NCBI GenBank assembly: GCA_964590575.1
Contig: CAZPWM010000046.1
Coordinates: 1 to 23,032 of the forward strand
Length of the DNA: 23,032 nt
Direction of reading: 5' to 3'
Source of the DNA: an uncultured archaeon
GTDB taxonomy: Archaea > Asgardarchaeota > Thorarchaeia > Thorarchaeales > Thorarchaeaceae
This document shows, in pieces, positions 14,983 through 23,031 of the stretch. Under the pieces are notes generated by a model. That model made no database searches. It worked only from the letters and a program-made list of their open reading frames with translations, and was not told the DNA's origin. The stretch's first letter is position 1. Each line of letters begins with the position of its first letter. The position numbers and the translations under genes were made by a program.

Positions 14983-15180
14983 CTAAGGAAAGAGACCAAA
15001 GAAGAGGAACCCAGGTATCATCATTGCAAGTATGAACAATGTGGCAAATAACAGAATCACAGCAAGAAGAATCCACATCCAGCATTCGCAGCATCGGGAG
15101 CAACAACCTTTCTCCTGCGGTGGTGGTTGCGGTTGGGTACCATAGTCTCCGGGCATTGGAATCTCAGTCATGTCAATCAC
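14983..15180 (-). CDS. Small membrane protein: Pro/Gln-rich N-terminus, CCxxCCxC cluster, hydrophobic C-terminus
   Basis: MTEIPMPGDYGTQPQPPPQEKGCCSRCCECWMWILLAVILLFATLFILAMMIPGFLFFGLFP. It fills an otherwise empty gap and is co-oriented with the downstream genes. Probable start ATG 15171. Confidence 0.7.
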   Translation of the reverse strand: MIDMTEIPMPGDYGTQPQPPPQEKGCCSRCCECWMWILLAVILLFATLFILAMMIPGFLFFGLFP

Positions 15181-15254
15181 TCAACGTTGTAGTAGGTTCT
15201 CGTTGGGAGATATCTTTCTCACTTATGAGCATTTTCGGTTTGTAGGCGTAGAGG

Positions 15255-15303
15255 TTTTAAGCGCTCAAACAGTAGGGCTGTTGTGAATCAAGTTAGGTTC
15301 ACA
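15255..15303 (+). promoter_or_regulatory. Candidate promoter (TTTTAA) plus inverted repeat upstream of the Zn-finger operon
   Basis: TTTTAA at 15255-15260. TGTGAATC-N6-GGTTCACA at 15282-15303 (7 of 8 pairs match). AGGTG SD-like motif before the TTG at 15329. Confidence 0.4.
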
Positions 15304-15328
15304 CGCACGCGTATAGGGGATAGGTGTT

Positions 15329-16816
15329 TTGTCCAGGGAGAATAAGGTCTACACCATCTTAGACAGGCCATGGGGACTCCGAATGATTGGCGTCACTCAG
15401 ATGACGTTCGGAATATTTGGGCTATTTGCTTCAATTGGGATATTCATCGCTACGGTCATAGGAACATTGGATTCAATAGGATACATATTTGCATTGTTAC
15501 TTTTCGGAGGAGTAGCATTTCCATGTTTAGCGATTGGCAATAGTGTCGACGACCTCAGAAGATGGGCAGTGATTGCACAGATTTTGTATAGTCTTATAGC
15601 TGTGGGGCTTTGTATCTTTTTCCTCTATGTCCAAGGGATTTCCTATTATTGGAGTTTTCCAATATTTGGATTCCCGGATTTTGGGATAGCCATTGGAAAT
15701 ATTGCGGCATTTATTGTAGTATCACAGACTCTAATCATACTCTATCTTCTTGTCAGGTGGAACAATGTCGTACCTCCTCCAGGAGTCGCTGTAGAGAGGG
15801 ACAAAGCAAGAGCTAGATTGCTAGAAGCAGGGCTTATGCCAACACCCCTGGAACCCTCTCTATTGGCACCTGATGGCACAACCGCTCTCTCTCCAGAGGA
15901 TCAACAAAAAATCCTGGATGTCACAAAGGTCGTAACTGAGGAGGGTATGGCAATCCTCTGTTCAAACTGTAATGGAGCAACTCCACTTACCAAGGTCGAG
16001 GATAACAATACTATCCATTGCATGTATTGTGGAGTTGCCTTAGGTGTGAGTAGTGTGTTTGTACCTTGTCAGAACCATCAAGATGTACTAGCGGCTACAA
16101 CATGCAATGTCTGTGGAAACCACTTCTGCAGACAATGTCTGACGGTTCAAGAACCTCCAGTCGATGAGAGGTGGCAAGGGTCAGCAGTGTATCTTTGTAA
16201 GAAATGCTTCGAGGGAAGATATCGCCCGGCTGTCACAACCGCCGCATTAGTCATTCCAATTGATCAGCTCTTCTCAACGGCAGGTGGAAGAATCTCCAAA
16301 GTTGGGGGTATGTATAGAAGTTTTCTAGGTGCGTACGCTAGTGGGATGAAGCACCTTTGGAGGTTGCCCCTGGAACTTCTCGCCAGTCTTGGCAAGTCGG
16401 GAGGTAGTGGTGGTGGCGATAACTGTGCAGGAGCTTTGATTATGATTGTCATAATCATAATTGCAATTCCTATCTTAGCAGGTATTCTCATGTTACTAAG
16501 TGCTATCATCGTTATTCCAATCCTCTTCTACGCTGGTTTGATTGCAGTCACGGTTGAAGCTGCAAAAATCATCAGTGGAACTGATTTCATATCAGTGGAT
16601 AACGCCCGTGTCATGAGTATCCACGCTAACCGCAAACCCAAGGTTGTAGAGTCCAGACTACGACCCTCAGCACGTGTTTGGGAAGATGAATTTAGAAAGG
16701 CTTCAATTGATCATCAGAGAATAAAACAAAGACATGAAGAAGAACTAAGACAACGCGAAAGAAGAAGACAGGAGCAAAAGAGAACTGATTCATTCTGGAG
16801 GACACAATATGACTGA
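15329..16816 (+). CDS. Multi-pass membrane protein with an internal Zn-ribbon + B-box-like Zn finger and a charged coiled-coil tail
   Basis: Four N-terminal TM segments; CSNC-x16-CMYC; CQNH-x8-CNVC-x4-CRQC...CKKC; Gly linker; long hydrophobic hairpin; C-terminal RIKQRHEEELRQRERRRQEQKR. Confidence 0.85.
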   Translation: MSRENKVYTILDRPWGLRMIGVTQMTFGIFGLFASIGIFIATVIGTLDSIGYIFALLLFGGVAFPCLAIGNSVDDLRRWAVIAQILYSLIAVGLCIFFLYVQGISYYWSFPIFGFPDFGIAIGNIAAFIVVSQTLIILYLLVRWNNVVPPPGVAVERDKARARLLEAGLMPTPLEPSLLAPDGTTALSPEDQQKILDVTKVVTEEGMAILCSNCNGATPLTKVEDNNTIHCMYCGVALGVSSVFVPCQNHQDVLAATTCNVCGNHFCRQCLTVQEPPVDERWQGSAVYLCKKCFEGRYRPAVTTAALVIPIDQLFSTAGGRISKVGGMYRSFLGAYASGMKHLWRLPLELLASLGKSGGSGGGDNCAGALIMIVIIIIAIPILAGILMLLSAIIVIPILFYAGLIAVTVEAAKIISGTDFISVDNARVMSIHANRKPKVVESRLRPSARVWEDEFRKASIDHQRIKQRHEEELRQRERRRQEQKRTDSFWRTQYD

Positions 16817-17678
16817 AGCAATACAAGAACGAATTATGTGTCCTGTTTGTGGTGGACCAGTCAAAGTTGATCAAATGGACAAGGTCAATCGATGCGAGTA
16901 CTGCGCAAGTCCTGTGCTTGGACCCAGTCAGAGCAGGGATTGCGTTAACCATCCGGGGGTTCTTGCAAAAGAGGTCTGTCATGTTTGTGGGGATCTTATA
17001 TGTGAGGACTGTATTCAGAAACGTGTCGGAGATTATGGTGGAAAACTCCTTACTATTGTCAACTGTGAAAAAACGACTTGTGTGTCCCAGAGTGATTGGG
17101 CGAAGCCCCTCAATGAGGAATATCAGAAACTAGCCAATATGGATTGGGCTGATAGAATAGATAATTTCATACTCCGTATTACCGGACTTGGAGCTATCAT
17201 CATGATGATCTTTGAGTTGATCTTCTTTATTGGGGTCATGTTCTATCAGTTCATTACTCCGTGGAGCATCCCGGACGTTTCAATCGGAGGCTTAGGACCG
17301 GTCATAATGATTCCAGTGACAATATTGCTTCTCAGCATTCTTGGCAACATATTGTCAGCGATATTGCTTCAGTCAGCTCTTCAAGTATACGTCCATGAAC
17401 GCCAACTAGGAGCAGGAATCACCCTGTTAGTGATTCTCATAATTGAAGTTTCATTTCTACTCTTCAGAGGACTATTCTTAGGATTGTTGACATTTCCAAA
17501 TCCGTTGTTCCTGCCCTTGATGCTAGGTGCATTTCTCTTCGGAACAATCTTTGTCTTTGTGGGTTCTCTAATGGCAATCTATACTGGAAACAAGAAGCGG
17601 ATTCAACTGAAGGAAGCCAGAGAGAAACTGCAACTCTCTGTTAAACAGGGATTAGAATCTCTTTCAAAGAACTCTTGA
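16809..17678 (+). CDS. Membrane protein with an N-terminal Zn-ribbon + B-box-like Zn finger and four C-terminal TM helices
   Basis: CPVC-x14-CEYC; CVNH-x8-CHVC-x4-CEDC...CEKTTC; four hydrophobic segments. 8-nt overlap (ATGACTGA) with the upstream gene. Confidence 0.85.
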   Translation: MTEAIQERIMCPVCGGPVKVDQMDKVNRCEYCASPVLGPSQSRDCVNHPGVLAKEVCHVCGDLICEDCIQKRVGDYGGKLLTIVNCEKTTCVSQSDWAKPLNEEYQKLANMDWADRIDNFILRITGLGAIIMMIFELIFFIGVMFYQFITPWSIPDVSIGGLGPVIMIPVTILLLSILGNILSAILLQSALQVYVHERQLGAGITLLVILIIEVSFLLFRGLFLGLLTFPNPLFLPLMLGAFLFGTIFVFVGSLMAIYTGNKKRIQLKEAREKLQLSVKQGLESLSKNS

Positions 17679-17685
17679 ATACAGA

Positions 17686-19431
17686 TTATACAGGCACGTC
17701 AAAAAGATCAATGAGCCTGAACCGATCGACATCCACTAGACCTAAGTCAGTGATCTTGAGCTTGGGAATCACCGGCAACGAGAGAAAGGCCATCGCCATA
17801 AATGGCTCTTCTAGAGGCGTGCCCAACTGCTTTGCTGCAATCTTCAAGGCTTTCAGTCTCTCACTAACATGCTCTATTGGTTGGTCAGACATAAGACCTG
17901 CGATAGGTAGCGGTAGAGACTCAATCACCTTTCCATCCTTGGCGAGTGCAATACCACCTTGCATTCTGACAATCTGGACAGCAGCTTGGATAAGGTCTCT
18001 ATCATTGGTTGCGACAGCTACGATATTGTGGGAATCGTGGGCAATGGAGGAAACCATGGCTCCTTCCTTGATGCCCATCCCTTTCACAAACCCTACAGAT
18101 CTTGGTTCGGAGGCATTGTGGCGTTCGATGATTGCCACTTTCGCAATATCCCGGTCGATATCGGGTACAACAAGTCCATCTACAACTTTTGGTTCTTCAA
18201 TTAGATGTTCGGTAAGGATCTGGTCTGGAATCATACCTATCACATTCATCAAATCCCCACGAACCTTTACTTGGAAATCTTCGGGCTCAAGATAATGGAT
18301 GTTTACTGAGCGTCTCAGACGTGGTTGTTTATCAACTCCAAACTCCTGAACCATCTTGCCATTCTTAGCAACAAGAACTCCTTGTTTATAGACCATTTCA
18401 ACATTGATTTTTTCAAGGGAGTCAAGAACGACAATATCCGCATGATAGCCAGGAGCCACAGCACCGACATATTGGAGACCATAATGTCTTGCGGTGGATA
18501 ATGATGCGACCTTGATGGCTAGAACAGGGTCAACACCTAGCCTAATGGCTTCACGAATCATACTGTCTATATGACCTTTTTCTATCAAATCCAGTGTGTT
18601 TCTGTCATCTGTTACAAAGCTACAATAATCTGCGGTGTGAGGTTCAATCAATGGAGCGAGAGCCCTCAGGTTCTTGGCGGTGGATCCCTCACGGATGTGA
18701 ATTTGCATCCCTCTTGTAAGCTTCCGTCTTGCTTCCTCGATGTCCACACATTCATGATCAGATGTAATTCTTGCGGCAACATAGGCATTTAGATCAAGTC
18801 CCTCAAGATTAGGAGCGTGACCGTCTATCTTCTTACCCATATTAAGAGCAACCCGTATCTTCTCAAGTATAGAGGGGTCTCTGGTGATAACACCAGGGTA
18901 GTTCATCACCTCAGCAAGACCCAGGACATAGTGCTCAGTCATAAGCGGCTTAATGTCTAGAAAATCAAGAGCGACTCCATTTGTTTCAAGGTCTGTGGAT
19001 GGGACACATGAGGGAAGCATCATGTAAAACTCGAGAGGCCCTCCACGCATACTTTTGCTCATATAGAGAATACCCTCCATCCCCAGTACATTAGCAATCT
19101 CATGGGGATCGGCTACCACGGCACCAGTGCCATGAGGAACTACTGCACGGGCATATTGTATTGGCATGACCATTGAAGACTCAACATGAACATGTCCATC
19201 TATAAAAGATGGAGAAACATACTTGCCCTTGAGGTCTATAACTTCCTTCCCCACATACTCACCAATTCCCGCGATGTATGCTCCATGAATAGCAATATCT
19301 CCAGGGGTCACATCACCAGTGAAAACGTTGACGACATTAGCGTTCTTCAGAACAAGGTCTGCGCGGGTCCGACCTGCTGCTACGTCAATCATTTGATCAA
19401 GAGGGTAGTCTTCTGAACGTGTTAGAAACAT
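17686..19431 (-). CDS. ade: Adenine deaminase (Ade/AdeC type)
   Basis: PSFIDGHVHVESSM, ADPHEIANV, GLAEVMNYPGV, IDGHAP, SDHEC, IREGSTAKNL, VTDD, SSIAHDSHN, LPLPIAGLMS, FLSLPVIPKLKITDLGL. ATG 19431 has GGGGAG upstream; the track extends to TTG 19449. Confidence 0.96.
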   Translation of the reverse strand: MFLTRSEDYPLDQMIDVAAGRTRADLVLKNANVVNVFTGDVTPGDIAIHGAYIAGIGEYVGKEVIDLKGKYVSPSFIDGHVHVESSMVMPIQYARAVVPHGTGAVVADPHEIANVLGMEGILYMSKSMRGGPLEFYMMLPSCVPSTDLETNGVALDFLDIKPLMTEHYVLGLAEVMNYPGVITRDPSILEKIRVALNMGKKIDGHAPNLEGLDLNAYVAARITSDHECVDIEEARRKLTRGMQIHIREGSTAKNLRALAPLIEPHTADYCSFVTDDRNTLDLIEKGHIDSMIREAIRLGVDPVLAIKVASLSTARHYGLQYVGAVAPGYHADIVVLDSLEKINVEMVYKQGVLVAKNGKMVQEFGVDKQPRLRRSVNIHYLEPEDFQVKVRGDLMNVIGMIPDQILTEHLIEEPKVVDGLVVPDIDRDIAKVAIIERHNASEPRSVGFVKGMGIKEGAMVSSIAHDSHNIVAVATNDRDLIQAAVQIVRMQGGIALAKDGKVIESLPLPIAGLMSDQPIEHVSERLKALKIAAKQLGTPLEEPFMAMAFLSLPVIPKLKITDLGLVDVDRFRLIDLFDVPV

Positions 19432-19488
19432 CTCTTTCTCACTCCCCAATGCTCTACGCGTTCGGCGTGAAAAGGGTTTCCAATGAGC

Positions 19489-20247
19489 TTACTTGGTTGC
19501 AACAACTACAAGTCTATCAGCTTCGTTGTCATAATCTCGGCCATCAAGGGTACCAAAAATCTTGACATCTGAGAATCCTACACTCTCAAGCATTTTCATA
19601 ATCTCAGTTCCAGAATAAATCCAATGAGTCACGTCCCACCTGTGGACTTTTCCATCTCGTTCAATGAAGATCCATGTATTGTGCATCTTACTCCAGTTTT
19701 CGATAACCTCTCGTTCTTCTAGTAAAAACCCATGTGGCCATTCGGACCAACTCTGCCGTAAGAATATCCGTGCTAGAACCTCCTTTCCCATTGACTCAAG
19801 AATGAATCGACCTCCCGGTCTGAGAGAGGCGTAGATATTCCGAAGGACAAGCATCTGTTCCTCATGGTCATCAAAATAGCTGAAGGATGTCCACATACTC
19901 AAAACAATGTCAAATGTGTTCTTTCGATAGAATGTTCGCATATCATCCAAAACAAACTCAATTGAAAGATTCTCTTCATTCGCGACTTTTCTCGCCTTTT
20001 CTAGATACATCTTTGTTCTGTCAACACGTACAACCTTGTGACCTCGTTTAGCAAATTCAAGAGAATGTCTACCAACTCCACAGCAGAGATCTAGCACAAC
20101 TTCATCCGGTGCTATTTTGCAGAGAGACTTGATTGCATCAATCTCATTTGATGTGAATGCGATTCTTGCCTCAGTGAACATCACTTGTTCCATAATCTCC
20201 CACAATTTATCATCATCATACCAAGATACCGAATTCTCGTTTGTCAT
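19489..20247 (-). CDS. Class I SAM-dependent methyltransferase
   Basis: VLDLCCGVGRH (motif I), DDMR, FDIVLSMWTSFSYF, LRPGGRFILE. ATG 20247 has GGAGG upstream; the longer ORF in the track runs through the upstream hairpin. Confidence 0.9.
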   Translation of the reverse strand: MTNENSVSWYDDDKLWEIMEQVMFTEARIAFTSNEIDAIKSLCKIAPDEVVLDLCCGVGRHSLEFAKRGHKVVRVDRTKMYLEKARKVANEENLSIEFVLDDMRTFYRKNTFDIVLSMWTSFSYFDDHEEQMLVLRNIYASLRPGGRFILESMGKEVLARIFLRQSWSEWPHGFLLEEREVIENWSKMHNTWIFIERDGKVHRWDVTHWIYSGTEIMKMLESVGFSDVKIFGTLDGRDYDNEADRLVVVATK

Positions 20248-20315
20248 ATCATCTAGCCTCCAGTCACGAATAACCATCTCTATAATAAGAATCAATGGAC
20301 AAAAGGATTTGGCTA

Positions 20316-20361
20316 GAAAAAGAGAGAGAACATCGGTCTCTCTGTTAATCAAGACCGATGT
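20316..20361 (-). terminator. Stem-loop plus pyrimidine/U tract downstream of the 773-aa surface protein gene
   Basis: ACATCGGTCT (20330-20339) and AGACCGATGT (20352-20361) form a perfect 10-bp stem with a 12-nt loop, followed on the minus strand by TCTCTCTCTTTTTC. Confidence 0.65.
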
Positions 20362-20370
20362 CGTGTTATT

Positions 20371-22692
20371 CTATTTCTTGAACTTCTTAATGTAGACTAT
20401 GTAAACGACTACGATAGCCCCAACACCAATAACAGCTGGAAGAGCCACTGCGCCTAAAATCCCAAGGATATCTGGACCGAGAGGAGTTACCTCTTCAATC
20501 AGAAGTGGATGTGTTTCCATTGGAGTAATCTGAACGTAGAGGAAACCGTCAATAGCCTGGTTCCGAGTTATATCTATTTGCAAGAACAGATAATCGGAAA
20601 TTGCACCAAATTGGAATGAATAGTCAGCGAGAGATCCAACAAGCTCGTCATTAAGGTCAGTCCAACTTGTTGAATGAGTTCTTCCATCATATTCACTATA
20701 GAGGATTCCACCCCTACCAACCACATCTGCGGTCATTACAGATACATTATACCATGTTCCAGGCGTCGTATTTAGCATCAAACCATGAAGCTCATTGGAA
20801 CTACCCGGAAAAGGCAGTGTGAAGTTGTATGCTGCTGCTCCAGCAGTAACATCCAGATTCTCAATGTTGACGAAATAGTCATTCAACCTGTTTGTCCATT
20901 GGATAGTTAGATTTACTGGGTAGTCATAATAGTGGTTAGTTGCACCTTGGGTATTGTTATCGACAAGATAGGCGCAGATTCCCACAAACGCATGACTGTC
21001 ATACCAATCATGACCAGCATAGTAGAAAGTAGCATTATCCCAGTACACTGGGTGTGGTACAATCTGAGATCCATCCCATCGGTTTGCAAGAAGCATTCCA
21101 GCGCTATACATTGAACGACCTGAGGCATCATAGATGGTGACATCAAGAGCTACAGTGACGTTATCCTCGTTGTTTAGGAAGATTGTCATATTATACATCT
21201 GGAAGATATCAGTATCAACAAAGAACCCTCCAACATCTACAATCGTTGTGGATGTGTCATCAACTATGGGGCCAATATTGAACTCCACCCACTCATTCAC
21301 ATAGCTCGGAATAACCATCTCAACCAAATACTCACCTGCTGGCAGGTAGTACTCGGGTGAACTCAGAAGATCATTACTAAAGACGATTGTTCTCTCATTG
21401 CGGAAACCATCCTCAAAGAGCCCTGTCAATCTGACGGTTAGATCTCCTCCAGGAGCTGTTGAGTTCATTCTGAGGATAGATGGTTCCTCGACATCAAGAG
21501 TGTACCCGCGAGTCACTGTTACACCAATGTAGTTTTCAAACTGGAATTCCTCATTCAAAGGAAGTGCTCCGTGACTATTCATTTGGTGATAGAGAGTGTA
21601 TTGTGTTCCATCACCGCCTATCACTGTCACGTAGTAAGGTCCTCCTCTAAAGAAGTACTCACCATTGGACGGAAAACCTGTACCCTCATCATATCGAACA
21701 CCACCATTGTATCCGTACTCAAAAGCACTGCTCGTGAAACCAATGCTATGCATCTGTGTGATTGGCAAGATTCCTTCAGGGTAGTTGAAAGAGTAAGCTA
21801 GGGAAGCCACATCATCTTGAGAGTCCACCTTGTAGGTATGAACAGTTGGAGCCATTTCTTGATATACCCAGCTGCCAGTGTCATCTCTCATAACAATCTC
21901 ACCAGTGGGAAGTTCACCAGTTACTATATTGCCTGGGGCAATCAGTTGCGGTGAAACTGCGACTGGTAAAATGTCAAACAATGCGAAAGTCCCTGACGAA
22001 GGAAATGCTTGTAACACCACGTAGTAAGTCCCTGAGATTGATGGCTTGAAAGGAAGGGTCCATATGTCACCATCAGCCCCACTATAGGATGTTATGAAAC
22101 GACCCTCAGGATCAAGTACTGTGACAGCCCATGTGACATCATCTTGATTACTAGCAACAGTCAGATGAACGAACTCTTCTCCACCAATACCTAGTGTACC
22201 AAAATACGTGTAACCAACATCAACAGGCACCGCTGTGTGCTGACCAAACGTAAGACCGAAGGTTCGTGTTTCCAAGGTCGTATTTACAACAAGGGCTCCT
22301 CCACCTGATGCTTCAAAGTCATAGAATTCAGGAAGACGTGTTGGGTTATCGAAAGGACCAGTTGGCCAATTATTGAAAGACATCCAATTATAGGGAACAT
22401 TTGTGTCTTCCAAGAAAGCCCCGCTAGATCGAGCCCATCCAGTATTATCAAACCTATAAGCGTAGTAGTCCAAATTATCATTCAGATGCATAGTGCTTCT
22501 AGACACCATGTCTAGCGGATCAGGTTCAACATACATGTAGGTATGATTGTTTGCTCCTGATGCATATGCTTGATTAAATGTTTCAATTTTGATATTAGTC
22601 TGAAGTGCGGATACTGGGGCAGCAAGCGCTCCGAAGAGAAAAATCATCGAAACTGCTAGCCCTAATACCATCTTCATATTGACGTGCTTCAT
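20371..22692 (-). CDS. Large secreted, C-terminally anchored beta-rich surface protein of unknown function
   Basis: Signal peptide (MVLGLAVSMIFLFGALAAPVSA), recurring beta-sandwich/PPC-like motifs (SGTYYVVLQ, GGPYYVTV, PAGEYLVEM, PGTWYNVSV), C-terminal TM followed by KKFKK. SD GAGGTGAGG. Confidence 0.85.
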   Translation of the reverse strand: MKHVNMKMVLGLAVSMIFLFGALAAPVSALQTNIKIETFNQAYASGANNHTYMYVEPDPLDMVSRSTMHLNDNLDYYAYRFDNTGWARSSGAFLEDTNVPYNWMSFNNWPTGPFDNPTRLPEFYDFEASGGGALVVNTTLETRTFGLTFGQHTAVPVDVGYTYFGTLGIGGEEFVHLTVASNQDDVTWAVTVLDPEGRFITSYSGADGDIWTLPFKPSISGTYYVVLQAFPSSGTFALFDILPVAVSPQLIAPGNIVTGELPTGEIVMRDDTGSWVYQEMAPTVHTYKVDSQDDVASLAYSFNYPEGILPITQMHSIGFTSSAFEYGYNGGVRYDEGTGFPSNGEYFFRGGPYYVTVIGGDGTQYTLYHQMNSHGALPLNEEFQFENYIGVTVTRGYTLDVEEPSILRMNSTAPGGDLTVRLTGLFEDGFRNERTIVFSNDLLSSPEYYLPAGEYLVEMVIPSYVNEWVEFNIGPIVDDTSTTIVDVGGFFVDTDIFQMYNMTIFLNNEDNVTVALDVTIYDASGRSMYSAGMLLANRWDGSQIVPHPVYWDNATFYYAGHDWYDSHAFVGICAYLVDNNTQGATNHYYDYPVNLTIQWTNRLNDYFVNIENLDVTAGAAAYNFTLPFPGSSNELHGLMLNTTPGTWYNVSVMTADVVGRGGILYSEYDGRTHSTSWTDLNDELVGSLADYSFQFGAISDYLFLQIDITRNQAIDGFLYVQITPMETHPLLIEEVTPLGPDILGILGAVALPAVIGVGAIVVVYIVYIKKFKK

Positions 22693-22758
22693 GGCACATC
22701 CTCACCTCGAAGGACAATATTCGTTTGACTTGTTAAGAATACTTCTTGTTCAGACTCA

Positions 22759-23031
22759 CTAACGTTTTTTGAAAACGAGAACAGCAACTACAAGGATAAC
22801 TATTGACGAACCTATTGATACTATCATTGTAATTGCACCGATGTTGTTGAATTCTCCATTGCTTGTTGTGTTTGTTGTAGTAGAAGTTGTTGGTGACGTG
22901 GTTGTCGTAGTTGGACTAGTGACTATCTCTAGAACTTCAACCAGCACTGTATCGATAGTTTCCAGCATCACTTTGTCTAGAACTCGAATGGTGTAGTTGT
23001 GGATTCCTACAGGGAGTTCACCAATATAAAC
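22759..23031 (-). CDS. 3' end of a surface protein: Ig-like strand, Thr-rich linker, TM anchor (gene begins outside the window)
   Basis: The frame is open to the window edge: VYIGELPVGIHNYTIRVLDK...DTVLVEV...TSPTTTTTSPTTSTTTNTTS...IVILVVAVLVFKKR-stop. Confidence 0.85.
   Translation of the reverse strand, partial: VYIGELPVGIHNYTIRVLDKVMLETIDTVLVEVLEIVTSPTTTTTSPTTSTTTNTTSNGEFNNIGAITMIVSIGSSIVILVVAVLVFKKR

Noticed and set aside
15039-15245. 68-aa plus-strand ORF opposite the Cys-cluster peptide
   Set aside because: It has no coherent features, while the minus-strand ORF has a clear domain-like organisation.
15282-15303. CRP/FNR-type site (TGTGA...TCACA)
   Set aside because: The spacer is 12 nt rather than the 6 nt required; kept only as a generic inverted repeat.
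17675-18295. 206-aa plus-strand ORF
   Set aside because: It is antisense to the well-conserved adenine deaminase and has a Ser/Ile-rich shadow composition with no motifs.
20248-20352. N-terminal extension of the methyltransferase in the ORF track
   Set aside because: It runs through the hairpin/pyrimidine tract, and ATG 20247 has a good GGAGG.
22860-22922. GTT/GTA-rich low-complexity tract
   Set aside because: Explained by the Thr-rich linker codons; not a CRISPR array or independent repeat.
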